From: Dehalococcoidia bacterium | GTDB taxonomy: Bacteria; Chloroflexota; Dehalococcoidia; UBA2979 | Assembly (NCBI GenBank): GCA_963694535.1 | Contig: CAVODE010000002.1 | Span: 1-52,844, forward strand | Length of the DNA: 52,844 nucleotides | Reading direction: 5' to 3' | Part shown: one piece after another, positions 36,367-46,132 of the stretch | Numbering within the stretch: the stretch's first letter is position 1 | How the letters are laid out: each line of letters starts with the position of its first letter | Notes under the pieces: model-generated | The model's input: only the letters and a program-made list of their open reading frames with translations | Databases searched by the model: none | What the model was told of the DNA's origin: nothing | Program-made: the position numbers and the translations under genes

Positions 36367-37161
36367 ATGACAATCGACTTTGAAATTTCAAATCACATTG
36401 CGACAATTACGATCAACAGGCCTGAAGCTCTTAACGCTATGACGCCTGCAATGTACGCTAAATTATCGGATTCTTGGCTCGAAGTTCGAGATAATCCAGA
36501 CATTTGGGTAGCAGTAGTAACTGGGGCGCCACAACCAGATCGAGTACCCGAAAAGCAGGTTTTCTCGGCTGGTGCGGATCTGAAACAAACTATTACTCAA
36601 AGACCTGAAGCCTTTGAGTTTTGGCAAACACAAAGCAACCAAATTCTAAATCGAGGGCTCGAAGTATGGAAGCCCGTGGTAGCAGGGATCAACGGGCTCT
36701 GCCTTGCTGGTGGAATGACGTTACTACTTGCTACAGATATTCGAATAGCATCAGAACACGCCTTTTTTGATTTATCTGAGGTGAAGCGTGGAATACTACC
36801 AGGGAACGGTGGTACTCAACGGACCATTCGACAGCTTCCATACCCGATTGCAATGGAAGTGCTACTGCTTGGTCGACGGCTGTCTGCAGATCGAGCTGCC
36901 AACTTCGGTCTCATCAACGAAGTTGTGCCTCATGACAAGGTACTTGAGATCGCCATGGAACGAGCTGAGGAGTTAGCTGCCATGCCACCGCTAGCTGTAC
37001 GTGCCATTAAGGAACTATCAGTCCGTGCACAATACATGCCACTGGATGATGGCCTCCGACTTGAGTCCGCTATGCAAGCAAGACTGAGTTTTACCGAAGA
37101 TGCAAAAGAAGGACCAAAAGCGTTTGCTGAGAAACGCAAACCAAACTTCAAAGGCCGCTAA
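36367..37161 (+). CDS. Enoyl-CoA hydratase/isomerase family protein
   Basis: ITINRPEALNAM, FSAGADLK, GINGLCLAGGMTLLLATD and EGPKAFAEKRKPNF. Confidence 0.85.
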   Translation: MTIDFEISNHIATITINRPEALNAMTPAMYAKLSDSWLEVRDNPDIWVAVVTGAPQPDRVPEKQVFSAGADLKQTITQRPEAFEFWQTQSNQILNRGLEVWKPVVAGINGLCLAGGMTLLLATDIRIASEHAFFDLSEVKRGILPGNGGTQRTIRQLPYPIAMEVLLLGRRLSADRAANFGLINEVVPHDKVLEIAMERAEELAAMPPLAVRAIKELSVRAQYMPLDDGLRLESAMQARLSFTEDAKEGPKAFAEKRKPNFKGR

Positions 37162-37202
37162 TTTATAATTAATCGACAGTCAGTGCATATCTAGGGGTAC
37201 AT

Positions 37203-38108
37203 ATGAAGATCGTAAATAATACCGGATTATCGGAATTGATATCTGATTCCGAGGAATCACTATTGTGCACTGGATTTGCCTTTACCGAAGGCCCAATCTG
37301 GATCGAAAATGATAATTCATTATTGTTTAGCGACATCAATAAACAAACAATTCACCGATGGCAACAAATCACTGGAAAAGTTGATTCATACCGCCCTTCC
37401 AGCCATCACTCAAATGGACTGACGATTGATTTGGACGGAAATATTCTTGCATGTGAGCACTCAGGCCGACAGGTATCTAGAGCTCCTTATAAACAAGAAA
37501 ATAAAATTCAGACAATAGCTAGCCATTGGGACGGTAAAAAACTTAACAGTCCAAATGACTTAGTCGTTCACAGTAACGGAACAATTTATTTCACAGATCC
37601 CACATATGGGCTCACTCAACCCGCTCAAGGAGATCCAAATGCTGAACAGGAATTAACATTTCAAGGCGTTTATAAAATAGCGCCCGACGGGGAGCTTGAT
37701 TTACTCACCACAATGTTTACGCAACCAAATGGACTTGCTTTCTCGCCTGATGAAAAATCGTTGTACGTAGGTGACTCAAAAGATCGTCTAATCCGAAAGT
37801 TTTCCGTTGAAAATGATGGCACCCTAAGTAATCCAGTTTTATTTTTAGATGTAGCAAACGATCCTAGACCAGGAGCCCCTGACGGGATGAAGGTAGACCG
37901 ACAAGGCCGATTATGGACGACCGGACCTGGGGGAGTCTGGGTTCTAGAGCCTAATGGAACTGTACTAGGTCAAATCGAAATTCCTGAATTGCCGGCAAAT
38001 ATAGCGTTCGGCTCTCTGGATTATAAGACTATTTTCCTGACTGCCAGGACGAGTGTTTATTCCATTAACACCCACGTAAATGGAATAGTCCCGCCAAAAC
38101 GAAACTGA
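37203..38108 (+). CDS. SMP-30/gluconolactonase/LRE family protein
   Basis: FTEGPIW, NSPNDLVV, IYFTDP, PNGLAFSPDE, PDGMKVD and NIAFG beta-propeller repeats. Confidence 0.85.
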   Translation: MKIVNNTGLSELISDSEESLLCTGFAFTEGPIWIENDNSLLFSDINKQTIHRWQQITGKVDSYRPSSHHSNGLTIDLDGNILACEHSGRQVSRAPYKQENKIQTIASHWDGKKLNSPNDLVVHSNGTIYFTDPTYGLTQPAQGDPNAEQELTFQGVYKIAPDGELDLLTTMFTQPNGLAFSPDEKSLYVGDSKDRLIRKFSVENDGTLSNPVLFLDVANDPRPGAPDGMKVDRQGRLWTTGPGGVWVLEPNGTVLGQIEIPELPANIAFGSLDYKTIFLTARTSVYSINTHVNGIVPPKRN

Positions 38109-38148
38109 CTCAGAGTTTCACGCCGGAATTACCAACAAGGCATAGTAC

Positions 38149-39141
38149 CTAATCGTTAAGCCACGCCATCATCGATCGAACCTCAGCACCAACTATCTCA
38201 ATTGGATGCTCCGCTGTAATCCTTCGGAGTGCTTTGAAATGGGGCTGCCCGACTTGATTTTCTAACAACCATTCACGAGCGAATTCGCCTCGCTGCACTT
38301 CAGCTAATATCTTCTTCATTTCAGCCTTGGTCTCAGGCGTCACAATTCTTGTACCACGGGTATATGCGCCGTATTCTGCGGTGTCAGACACCGAAGACAA
38401 CATTGCTGCTAGGCCTCCCTCATACATTAGATCAACGATTAACTTAATCTCATGGAAAGTTTCAAAATAGGCAGACTCCGGTTGATATCCGGCCTCAACA
38501 AGCACTTCAAATGCGGTTTTCGCCATCTCGACTATACCGCCACAAAGCACCGCCTGCTCACCAAATAAGTCAGTCTCAGTTTCTTCCCGGAAAGTAGTTT
38601 CAAGAATACCTGCTTTCGTCGCTCCTAAAGCTTTCCCGTACGCTAAAGCAACGGCAAGAGCCGATTCGCTCGCATCCTGGTGAATGGCGACTAGAGCTGG
38701 CACGCCTCCTCCTTCTTGAAAAACGCGTCTAACCAAATGACCTGGTCCCTTAGGAGCAATCATTGATACATCGATATCAGGTGGCGGATTAATCGCGTCG
38801 AAATGAATATTAAAACCATGGGCAAACATTAAAGTTTTCCCAGGCTCAAGATGAGGTTCAATATGATCCTTATAAACTTGGAACGCTATTTGATCTGGTA
38901 CCAAAACCATAATGATATCGCAGGAGATAGTAACCTCGTCTACAGTACCCACAGCCAGGCCACTTTCTTTTACCACATCCCATGATCGTGATCCAGGATA
39001 TAAACCGACTGCAACATCCACACCCGATTCATGTAAGTTCAAAGCATGTGCATGCCCTTGTGAACCAAATCCAATAATTCCAACTTTCTTCCCATCCAAT
39101 ACCGACAAATCAGCATTGTTCTCATAATAAACTTTAGCCAC
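38149..39141 (-). CDS. ilvC: Ketol-acid reductoisomerase
   Basis: [20 protein letters not shown] and [12 protein letters not shown] match class I KARI across the full length. Confidence 0.92.
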   Translation of the reverse strand: MAKVYYENNADLSVLDGKKVGIIGFGSQGHAHALNLHESGVDVAVGLYPGSRSWDVVKESGLAVGTVDEVTISCDIIMVLVPDQIAFQVYKDHIEPHLEPGKTLMFAHGFNIHFDAINPPPDIDVSMIAPKGPGHLVRRVFQEGGGVPALVAIHQDASESALAVALAYGKALGATKAGILETTFREETETDLFGEQAVLCGGIVEMAKTAFEVLVEAGYQPESAYFETFHEIKLIVDLMYEGGLAAMLSSVSDTAEYGAYTRGTRIVTPETKAEMKKILAEVQRGEFAREWLLENQVGQPHFKALRRITAEHPIEIVGAEVRSMMAWLND

Positions 39142-39192
39142 AGACTTACTCCCTAAAACACTATCAATATTATTTTTTTCTTACCTACAGAC

Positions 39193-39789
39193 TCAATCAC
39201 TTAGATGCGGCAGGTCACCACTTGGGATTCTACCTGACTCTTGATGGAATCGTCTTAACTCCTCATCTTCAAAGTGCGGCATTTGAGTTGTGCGTTCTCC
39301 GCGAACCAGAGCTATACCCCCAGTACGAACTAATTCAAGAATACCGTATGGACGAAGGTTATCTGTAAGCGCCTCTATAGTCTCGTTGGCAGCAGTGATT
39401 TGAATAATCGCGCTCGCAGCTGACAGGTCCACTATCGATGCCCTAAATATTTGAACAATATCTAAAATTTCACGTCGTTGTTCTGGCTTTGTCATAACTT
39501 TTATCAACGCAAGCTCGCGTCCAATTGATTCGCCATCCTCCAACACTTCAGCAGTGATTACATCTATCAATTTATCTAACTGCTTGGCGACTTGATCGCC
39601 TATTAAGGGAGTTCCTTCGACGACTATAGTCATCCTTGATACTCCTACCTCATCTGTAGAACCCACAGCCAAACTCTCGATGTTATAGCCACGCCGCCGA
39701 AATAATGATGCGACACGCGTCAAAACGCCTGGACGATCTTCTACCAATGCGGCAATCGTCTGCCGTGGGCCAGTCAAGTCTGTTTTCAT
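39193..39789 (-). CDS. ilvN: Acetolactate synthase small (regulatory) subunit
   Basis: The ACT domain start IAALVEDRPGVLTRVASLFRRRGYNIESLAVG is typical. A roughly 30-aa C-terminal extension exceeds the usual length. Confidence 0.85.
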   Translation of the reverse strand: MKTDLTGPRQTIAALVEDRPGVLTRVASLFRRRGYNIESLAVGSTDEVGVSRMTIVVEGTPLIGDQVAKQLDKLIDVITAEVLEDGESIGRELALIKVMTKPEQRREILDIVQIFRASIVDLSAASAIIQITAANETIEALTDNLRPYGILELVRTGGIALVRGERTTQMPHFEDEELRRFHQESGRIPSGDLPHLSD

Positions 39790-39837
39790 AATACCAATCC
39801 TTCAATTTAACTAAATTAACAAACAAAATAGTATTTT

Positions 39838-41529
39838 CTATTTTTGTAGCTGCTCGGCCGATTCCACTGTTTCGCTGAGTGCCGCGCCAGCTGGCACCAT
39901 TGGCCACACATTGTCTTGTTGCACGACTCGAAAGTCGATAATCACGGGCCCAGGATCAGCCTCAGCTTCTTGAATAGCCGAGTCCACATCCTCCTGATTG
40001 GTTACTCGAATTCCACGAATTCCATACGCTTCGGCAATTTTTAAGAAGTCAGGCTGTGTGATGTCCACATCGACCAAATTCTTGTCGTAAAATAATTCCT
40101 GCCATTGACGCACCATACCGAGATAACAATTATTCATAATCGCCATCTTCACTGGTAATTTCTCAGCGACCATAGTTCCTATTTCCTGGAAGGTCATCTG
40201 AAATCCACCATCACCACAAATAGTCCATACGGGCCTATCTGGACATGCAGCCTGTGCACCCATTGCGGCAGGCACTTCGAAACCCATGGTTCCCAAACCA
40301 CCCGACGTGATGAATTGACGTGGTCGAGATATATTTCCAAATTGCGCAGCCCACATCTGGTGTTGTCCAACTCCCGTGCACAAAACTGATTCCGGGCCGA
40401 TCAACTCGGCAATTCTTGAAATTGCATACTGTGCACTTAGTTCTGGGCCACTTGGAATAGACATTGATTCCTTATGATTAGTACGCATTTCATTTATCCA
40501 TTTAAGCCAGTCTGGGTGGGTAGCTGTATTTACAGATTCGACTAACTGAACCAATACATCCTTAACATTCCCTACGATCGGAACGTGAGCTTCAATATTT
40601 TTTTGGTGTTCTGCAGGATCAATATCAACATGAATAATTTTTGCGTCAGGGTTCATGTCCTCAAAACGCCCTAGTGCTCGGTCATCCATTCTCATGCCTA
40701 ACCCAATAATGACGTCCGCTGACGAGGCCGCATGATTTGCCCAATATGAGCCATGCATCCCAAGCATTCCATATGAAAGAACATGACTAGGATTTATCGA
40801 CCCCAAACCAAGCAAGGTATTGACGACTGGGATTCCACCTTTTTCAGCAAAAGCTCGTAATTCCTCTGCAGCATTAGACAGGATTATTCCGTGCCCCGCA
40901 AAAATAAGCGGTCGCTCTGCTTGATTAATAATTTCAGTTGCTGACTCAATGGATGTGGCTGTACCTAACGTAGGCGGATTATAACCTCGGATATGAACGT
41001 CCTCTGGCCAGTGAAATTCCGCTTCCTCTATGAAAACATCCTTTGGTATATCAATGTGAACTGCCCCAGGTCTTCCAGTCGTCGCGATGTAAGCTGCCTC
41101 ACTAAATGCATAAGCCAAATCATCCGGCCTCATAACAATGTAATTATGCTTAACCGTTGGCATAGTAATACCTGTAATATCTGCCTCCTGAAAGCCATCT
41201 TTTCCGAGTAGTGAGCGTGTGACATTACCTGTGATAAATAACGTTGGTACTGAGTCCATATGAGCATTTGTAATAGCAGTGACCAGATTTGTAGCACCAG
41301 GACCTGAAGTTGCTAATGCAACACCCAATTTTCCTGAAGCCCTTGCATAGCCATCAGCCGCATGCCCAGCAGCCTGTTCGTGCCGAACCAAAATGTGGTT
41401 TATGTCGGGATAATCTGGGAATCGATCATAGAGGGGCAATACAACTCCTCCTGGATACCCAAATAATGTATCAACACCTAGTTTCTGTAAACACCTAAGA
41501 ACAATGTCTGCACCACTTATTTTTGTCAT
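39838..41529 (-). CDS. ilvB: Acetolactate synthase large (catalytic) subunit
   Basis: ThDP enzyme motifs (GYPGG, GPGATN, GGLGTMGFEVPAAMGA, GDGGFQM). ATG 41529 is preceded by GAGGAG 6 nt upstream, and I prefer it to the track GTG at 41547. Confidence 0.9.
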   Translation of the reverse strand: MTKISGADIVLRCLQKLGVDTLFGYPGGVVLPLYDRFPDYPDINHILVRHEQAAGHAADGYARASGKLGVALATSGPGATNLVTAITNAHMDSVPTLFITGNVTRSLLGKDGFQEADITGITMPTVKHNYIVMRPDDLAYAFSEAAYIATTGRPGAVHIDIPKDVFIEEAEFHWPEDVHIRGYNPPTLGTATSIESATEIINQAERPLIFAGHGIILSNAAEELRAFAEKGGIPVVNTLLGLGSINPSHVLSYGMLGMHGSYWANHAASSADVIIGLGMRMDDRALGRFEDMNPDAKIIHVDIDPAEHQKNIEAHVPIVGNVKDVLVQLVESVNTATHPDWLKWINEMRTNHKESMSIPSGPELSAQYAISRIAELIGPESVLCTGVGQHQMWAAQFGNISRPRQFITSGGLGTMGFEVPAAMGAQAACPDRPVWTICGDGGFQMTFQEIGTMVAEKLPVKMAIMNNCYLGMVRQWQELFYDKNLVDVDITQPDFLKIAEAYGIRGIRVTNQEDVDSAIQEAEADPGPVIIDFRVVQQDNVWPMVPAGAALSETVESAEQLQK

Positions 41530-41707
41530 AAAGGTCTCCTCAATCACAAGTCTAGTTCGCCGTACAAGTCAAATGACTCTGTTCCACTTATTACTAGCTC
41601 ACTCTGATATAACGTAAACTTCGTATTCTCGTTAACTCTAAATATTTTCGGGATTTTTAGTTCTCTTGGCTCGACACGCGAGCTCATGGGCGGCCAGGAC
41701 GGCCACC

Positions 41708-41800
41708 CTAGGACACGACGACTACAGGTACTAAATGAGCAGGAATAACCGAGCTTTCTATCAACTCAGTTAAAAAAGAAGTGCCGTTCAAGTAACACAT
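41708..41800 (-). CDS. Candidate ilvB leader peptide (30 aa, MCYLNGTSFLTELIESSVIPAHLVPVVVVS)
   Basis: Translated by hand; it is below the ORF-track length cutoff. 12 of 30 residues are Leu/Ile/Val, and 5 of the last 7 codons are Val. The stop codon abuts the hairpin GGGUGGCC-GUCCU-GGCCGCCC (41688-41708). A TTGACG-17-CAGAAT promoter-like pair lies at 41811-41839. No clear SD. Confidence 0.4.
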   Translation of the reverse strand: MCYLNGTSFLTELIESSVIPAHLVPVVVVS

Positions 41801-41873
41801 AGTGAAGCTTATTCTGAGACCTAGATCCGAAACCGTCAAGACCGTTAGCTATTCCTTAGTATTGGAATAGGAA

Positions 41874-43064
41874 CTAGATTCGCCTGCGCACTGAAATTTT
41901 ATCTCCCAGCCAAGCCGCAGGCCTGAGTAACGATTGTCCTATTCTCCCAAACTTGTTAATAAGGTCTAGATAGGTTGAATCGCCACGGATTAGCTCAATT
42001 GCTCCAATCCAAAACATGCCTACGTGTTGAAGCATCCAAACAAACGGCCTTGGGTAAGTATGGAATATTTGCATTAGTGCCTCTGACGTCTCGATTTCGG
42101 GAATAAGTTGCTTTTGTAGCTCAAGTTGGTAGCCGTTTAGCGAATCGACTTCAGAGGAAAGATACTGCTCGACGATCGGCGCAACCGCCATACCTGATTG
42201 TAAGGCCGCAAAAATTCCTTCACCAGATAAAGGATCGACTAAGCCGGCTGCATCACCGAGTAGAGCCGCTCCGTCAATAGAAATGGCTGAATCATGATGC
42301 CGCATCGGAAGATGGTGGCCTTTAATCTCTATGATCGAATCATAATCTACGCCATAGATTTCAGCCAACTTAAACATAGCGGCCTTTAGCCGTTTTCCCC
42401 CACTCGACCGGCTGCCACCTACCCCAATGTTAATGTGATCACCCTTGGGGAAAATCCATCCATATCCCTGAGTTAGGTATCCGAAATTAAGAATCACCTT
42501 ATGTTTAAATTCACTTGGAACGCCGTCATGAAAATACACGTTACCTTCCAACGCAACGGCTCCTTCACTGTGGCTGTCAAAACCCAGTCTATTACCAGTA
42601 ATTCCATTAGCCCCATCAGCACCTAGAAGCACTCGTGCTCGAATTTCAGTACCAGATCGAGTATTGACCACGAACCCATCGCCCGAATTCGATAAAATAT
42701 CGGTTACCTGTTCACCATCTCTAAAATTTGCACCTACTTCCTGTGCCTTATCAGCCAGAAATGCATCCAGGCGTGATCTTTGGGTCATATAAGTCAGAAT
42801 TGACCCTGAGCTCTGTAGCACAGAAGGCTCATTCCGAATTCTGATGTCTGCATCAGTAATAATATCCTCGATCACAGGCTCAATAGAAAATGGAAGAATT
42901 CGTTCACATCTGACTGTTACGCCGCCGCCGCAGGGTTTGTCTCTAGGGAATTTAGCCCTGTCCAGTAGCAGGACTTCTAGACCTGAGCTGGCCAACTGAT
43001 ATGCCGCGATAGAGCCGGAAGGTCCCGCGCCAATGATCGCTACTTCTGTGGTTATCGATGCCAT
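41874..43064 (-). CDS. Geranylgeranyl reductase family FAD-dependent oxidoreductase
   Basis: VAIIGAGPSGSIAAYQLASSGLEVLLLDRAKFPRDKPCGGGV and GDAAGLVDPLSGEGI are typical of the family. Confidence 0.8.
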   Translation of the reverse strand: MASITTEVAIIGAGPSGSIAAYQLASSGLEVLLLDRAKFPRDKPCGGGVTVRCERILPFSIEPVIEDIITDADIRIRNEPSVLQSSGSILTYMTQRSRLDAFLADKAQEVGANFRDGEQVTDILSNSGDGFVVNTRSGTEIRARVLLGADGANGITGNRLGFDSHSEGAVALEGNVYFHDGVPSEFKHKVILNFGYLTQGYGWIFPKGDHINIGVGGSRSSGGKRLKAAMFKLAEIYGVDYDSIIEIKGHHLPMRHHDSAISIDGAALLGDAAGLVDPLSGEGIFAALQSGMAVAPIVEQYLSSEVDSLNGYQLELQKQLIPEIETSEALMQIFHTYPRPFVWMLQHVGMFWIGAIELIRGDSTYLDLINKFGRIGQSLLRPAAWLGDKISVRRRI

Positions 43065-43105
43065 TAAATCAGGTTATACCTTAGATCAAATAGAGTCACT
43101 GTTAC

Positions 43106-44047
43106 CTAACCAGATGCAACATGAATCGTAAGTTCGAAAAGGAATACTGCAAATGCCGGTATCAGTATTGCGGAAAATAAAACCATTAAGGCAAGTTTTT
43201 GTTCCCAAATAAAAAATATTAGGCCCAATATGGTGTTACCAACGACTAGTAACGAAGCTAGAAGCGGAATTTGAAATAATTCCTCGCGCAGCCAAAAGGT
43301 GACGAATCTCGACTTTTCCTGACTGATTGGAAAAACTCCTTCCAGTTGAACAGGAAGTCCCGCATAGCGAAAGCTGAATTCGGACCACATCAAAATCGTC
43401 ATCGATATAATGAGTATCAAATATACCCATACGGTCGCCGACGAAATAAGGAAATGCAATCGAGGCCATATATATCCCAGATGTGGTTCTATTAGCTCTT
43501 GGGAATCGTGATGTCCATATGCACCAATGCCTCCAAGGAAATCTGCTTCATCACTCACCGATAAGCCATACAAAGAACTAGGTGTTTCAAGGTACAGTAG
43601 TTCCTGTCTATTTCGAGAAGTCGAAAAAATACTAATGGGCTTAGGCGCACTCGTTGTTAAATCGAGTGTCGAAAATCCTTTCCCAATACTCATTCCTGGC
43701 CATGAAAACATATTCATCACAATGTCATTCGAATAGCCAGTAGTACTGATCCTAGTTACCGACGCAAGCGGAATAATATGACGTACCAAACCCCAATGAA
43801 TTATCAAATTATCGTCATTTACCGTATATCGTAATTTAAAAAAACACAGAATCCAGTAGGAAAAAAATAAGGTCAACAGAGCTGCAAAAAAAGAACAGCC
43901 GTAGACCAAGATTTTCAACGCACCAAAAGAAAATTCACTCGCTACGAATGCTAATCCCACCGTAAGGCACACCGACCAGCCAGATAGTAGAATTCCGAAA
44001 ATTAAGCCTTTGAGTACCCTAGGCCTAAACGTACTTTCACCGGCCAT
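43106..44047 (-). CDS. Membrane protein with bacterial PH (YdbS/YdbT-like) domain
   Basis: Two N-terminal TM segments, then LRYTVNDDNLIIHWGLVRHIIPLASVTRI (bPH_2-like), then several C-terminal TM segments. Confidence 0.4.
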   Translation of the reverse strand: MAGESTFRPRVLKGLIFGILLSGWSVCLTVGLAFVASEFSFGALKILVYGCSFFAALLTLFFSYWILCFFKLRYTVNDDNLIIHWGLVRHIIPLASVTRISTTGYSNDIVMNMFSWPGMSIGKGFSTLDLTTSAPKPISIFSTSRNRQELLYLETPSSLYGLSVSDEADFLGGIGAYGHHDSQELIEPHLGYIWPRLHFLISSATVWVYLILIISMTILMWSEFSFRYAGLPVQLEGVFPISQEKSRFVTFWLREELFQIPLLASLLVVGNTILGLIFFIWEQKLALMVLFSAILIPAFAVFLFELTIHVASG

Positions 44048-44060
44048 AAATTTAAATTAA

Positions 44061-44984
44061 CTATTCAGCGTAAACAGGTATCAGCCAGTTTTTGTATTCA
44101 GATAATTCGCCCGTTATTGCATCAAAAAATAACTTTTGCAGCTTTCTGGAAATTACACCTGGCTGGCCATTCCCAACCGGTACCCGGTCGACTTCAGTTA
44201 CAGGTGTGACGTGAGCGGCGGTTCCCGTCATAAATAATTCGTCCGCAATATATAGCTCAGATCTATCAATAGTCCTTCTCTGGACCGGGAGATTAAGCTT
44301 TTCACTCGCAAGAAAAAGAGCAGTATCAAGAGTGATTCCCTCTAATATATTGTCACTCTCAGGAGGACTGATCAGGACCCCTTTTCTAATCATCACAAGG
44401 TTTTCTCCCGCGCCTTCAGACACGTGTCCATCTTGATTTAGCATAATCGCTTCGGTCATTCCGTTTTGTTTAGCTTCACTGGTTGCCAAACCATTATTCA
44501 CGTACAGACCAGAAACCTTGGCTCGCGCGGGAATCGAAGTGTCATCAACTCTGCGCCATGACGAGGTCATAACCGTAGCACCCGCATTTGGATCTAGGTA
44601 ATCGCCCAAGGGCCTCGAATAAATAAGTAACTTATCCTCAACCGAGTGAATAGCAGGGCCGATGTCAAGCCCTGATTTATATACCATCGGCCGGATATAC
44701 ATATCCTCCTTATAATCGCAGCGACGCGCCAACTCTACAACGAGATTAGAGATTTCATCCGCATCGTAAGTTCCATTCATTCGCAATATTCGAGCACTCT
44801 GGACAAGACGATCAATATGCTCACGAACCTTAAAGAGATAAAGCTCTTCATGTGCGGGATTCCAGTTACCGCGAATCCCCTCAAACACCGCGCTCCCGTA
44901 ATTGAAAGCATGAGTCATTACATTGAGGTTCGCCTCTTCAATAGGAACAAATTTTCCCTCGAAATAAGCCATCTGTTGTGCCAT
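44061..44984 (-). CDS. ilvE: Branched-chain amino acid aminotransferase
   Basis: Fold-type IV PLP enzyme pattern (YGSAVFEGIR, EAKQNG, EGAGENL, GITLDT). ATG 44984 is preceded by GGGGGA, and I prefer it to the track start 45062. Confidence 0.88.
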   Translation of the reverse strand: MAQQMAYFEGKFVPIEEANLNVMTHAFNYGSAVFEGIRGNWNPAHEELYLFKVREHIDRLVQSARILRMNGTYDADEISNLVVELARRCDYKEDMYIRPMVYKSGLDIGPAIHSVEDKLLIYSRPLGDYLDPNAGATVMTSSWRRVDDTSIPARAKVSGLYVNNGLATSEAKQNGMTEAIMLNQDGHVSEGAGENLVMIRKGVLISPPESDNILEGITLDTALFLASEKLNLPVQRRTIDRSELYIADELFMTGTAAHVTPVTEVDRVPVGNGQPGVISRKLQKLFFDAITGELSEYKNWLIPVYAE

Positions 44985-45098
44985 ACTTTCCCCCTGAACA
45001 CTCGTTAGCATAATGTCGCGGTGCGAATTACCCATGATAAATCTAAAAAAAATACCGCACAATAGAAACTTGACTATTGCTTAATTTATCTTACAAAC

Positions 45099-45141
45099 CA
45101 GGCACGATACTATATAAATCTTTTATATAGTATCGTGCCTG
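45099..45141. repeat. Perfect 20+20 bp palindrome (CAGGCACGATACTATATAAA-tct-TTTATATAGTATCGTGCCTG) in the ilvE / MBL-hydrolase divergent intergenic region
   Basis: Read directly: 45099-45118 is the exact reverse complement of 45122-45141. Each arm contains a TATAAA -10-like hexamer. On the + strand, TTACAA (45091-45096) lies 16 nt upstream of TATAAA. Confidence 0.9.
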
Positions 45142-45211
45142 CGCACTTCCACGCGTAAAAGAGGATAGTTAATTTTCACTATGAAACTAATTCAGTTGAT
45201 AGTCTATCCAA

Positions 45212-46117
45212 ATGACAAATTCAGAGTTTTTAACAGGAGCAAAATTTAAAATAGGATCAATGCCTATTACGATTGTTAATGACGGTACTTTCATGTACGA
45301 CGGAGGTGCTATTTTTGGGGTTGTCCCACGGGTGATGTGGCAGCGCGCCGTCCAAAATGAAATCGATAGTCAACATCGAATCACTCAAGGTCTGAATTGC
45401 GTTCTACTAAGGTCCAATGGCAAAAATATTCTGCTCGACACAGGAGTGGGTGGAAAGCCAGGCGATCGAGATGTAGCTTCACCGATCGAACAAGGAAATC
45501 TGATCCAATCAATTGCTCAACAAGGCCTCAGCCCCAGTGACATAGATGTCGTGGTTAACACTCATCTACATTTCGATCACTGTGGTTGGAATACTTCGGT
45601 GAGTTCAAATAATGAAGAGCTAGTGCCTACCTTTCCGAATGCCACCTATTACATCTCTGAAAAAGAATGGAATGATGCCCTTAATCCTAACGAGCGTACT
45701 CGAGCGACTTACCTGGAAAAAAATCTAAACCCAATCGTGGATCATATAAAATTATTCGATGATGAAATAAAAATAACTGATGAAGTAGTAGTTTCACCCA
45801 CACCCGGCCATACAGAAGGCCACAGTGCCGTCTTCATGCGGTCTGGTCAAGAATGGGGCGTCTACGTTGGCGACATGATTCAGCATCATGCGCAACTCGA
45901 ACGAACTGCCTGGGTTTCAGGACTGGATGTCTTGCCGTTAGTTTCAATGGAAACGAAGAAAAAACTCGCCGCCGAGTGCATTGAGTCCGAAGCCTTAATA
46001 ATATTCTCCCACGGTACATATCCAGGTGTCGGTAAATTAACCCTAACGGACGAAGGATTCCGAAAGTGGAAAAAAGAAGCTCCACACATAGCTGACTCTA
46101 GTCCACATACTCATTAG
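45212..46117 (+). CDS. MBL-fold metallo-hydrolase
   Basis: The HLHFDHCG (HxHxDH) motif, a later TPGHTEGH, and the distal His/Asp pattern. Confidence 0.85.
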   Translation: MTNSEFLTGAKFKIGSMPITIVNDGTFMYDGGAIFGVVPRVMWQRAVQNEIDSQHRITQGLNCVLLRSNGKNILLDTGVGGKPGDRDVASPIEQGNLIQSIAQQGLSPSDIDVVVNTHLHFDHCGWNTSVSSNNEELVPTFPNATYYISEKEWNDALNPNERTRATYLEKNLNPIVDHIKLFDDEIKITDEVVVSPTPGHTEGHSAVFMRSGQEWGVYVGDMIQHHAQLERTAWVSGLDVLPLVSMETKKKLAAECIESEALIIFSHGTYPGVGKLTLTDEGFRKWKKEAPHIADSSPHTH

Positions 46118-46132
46118 GGCATTTATCTAATT

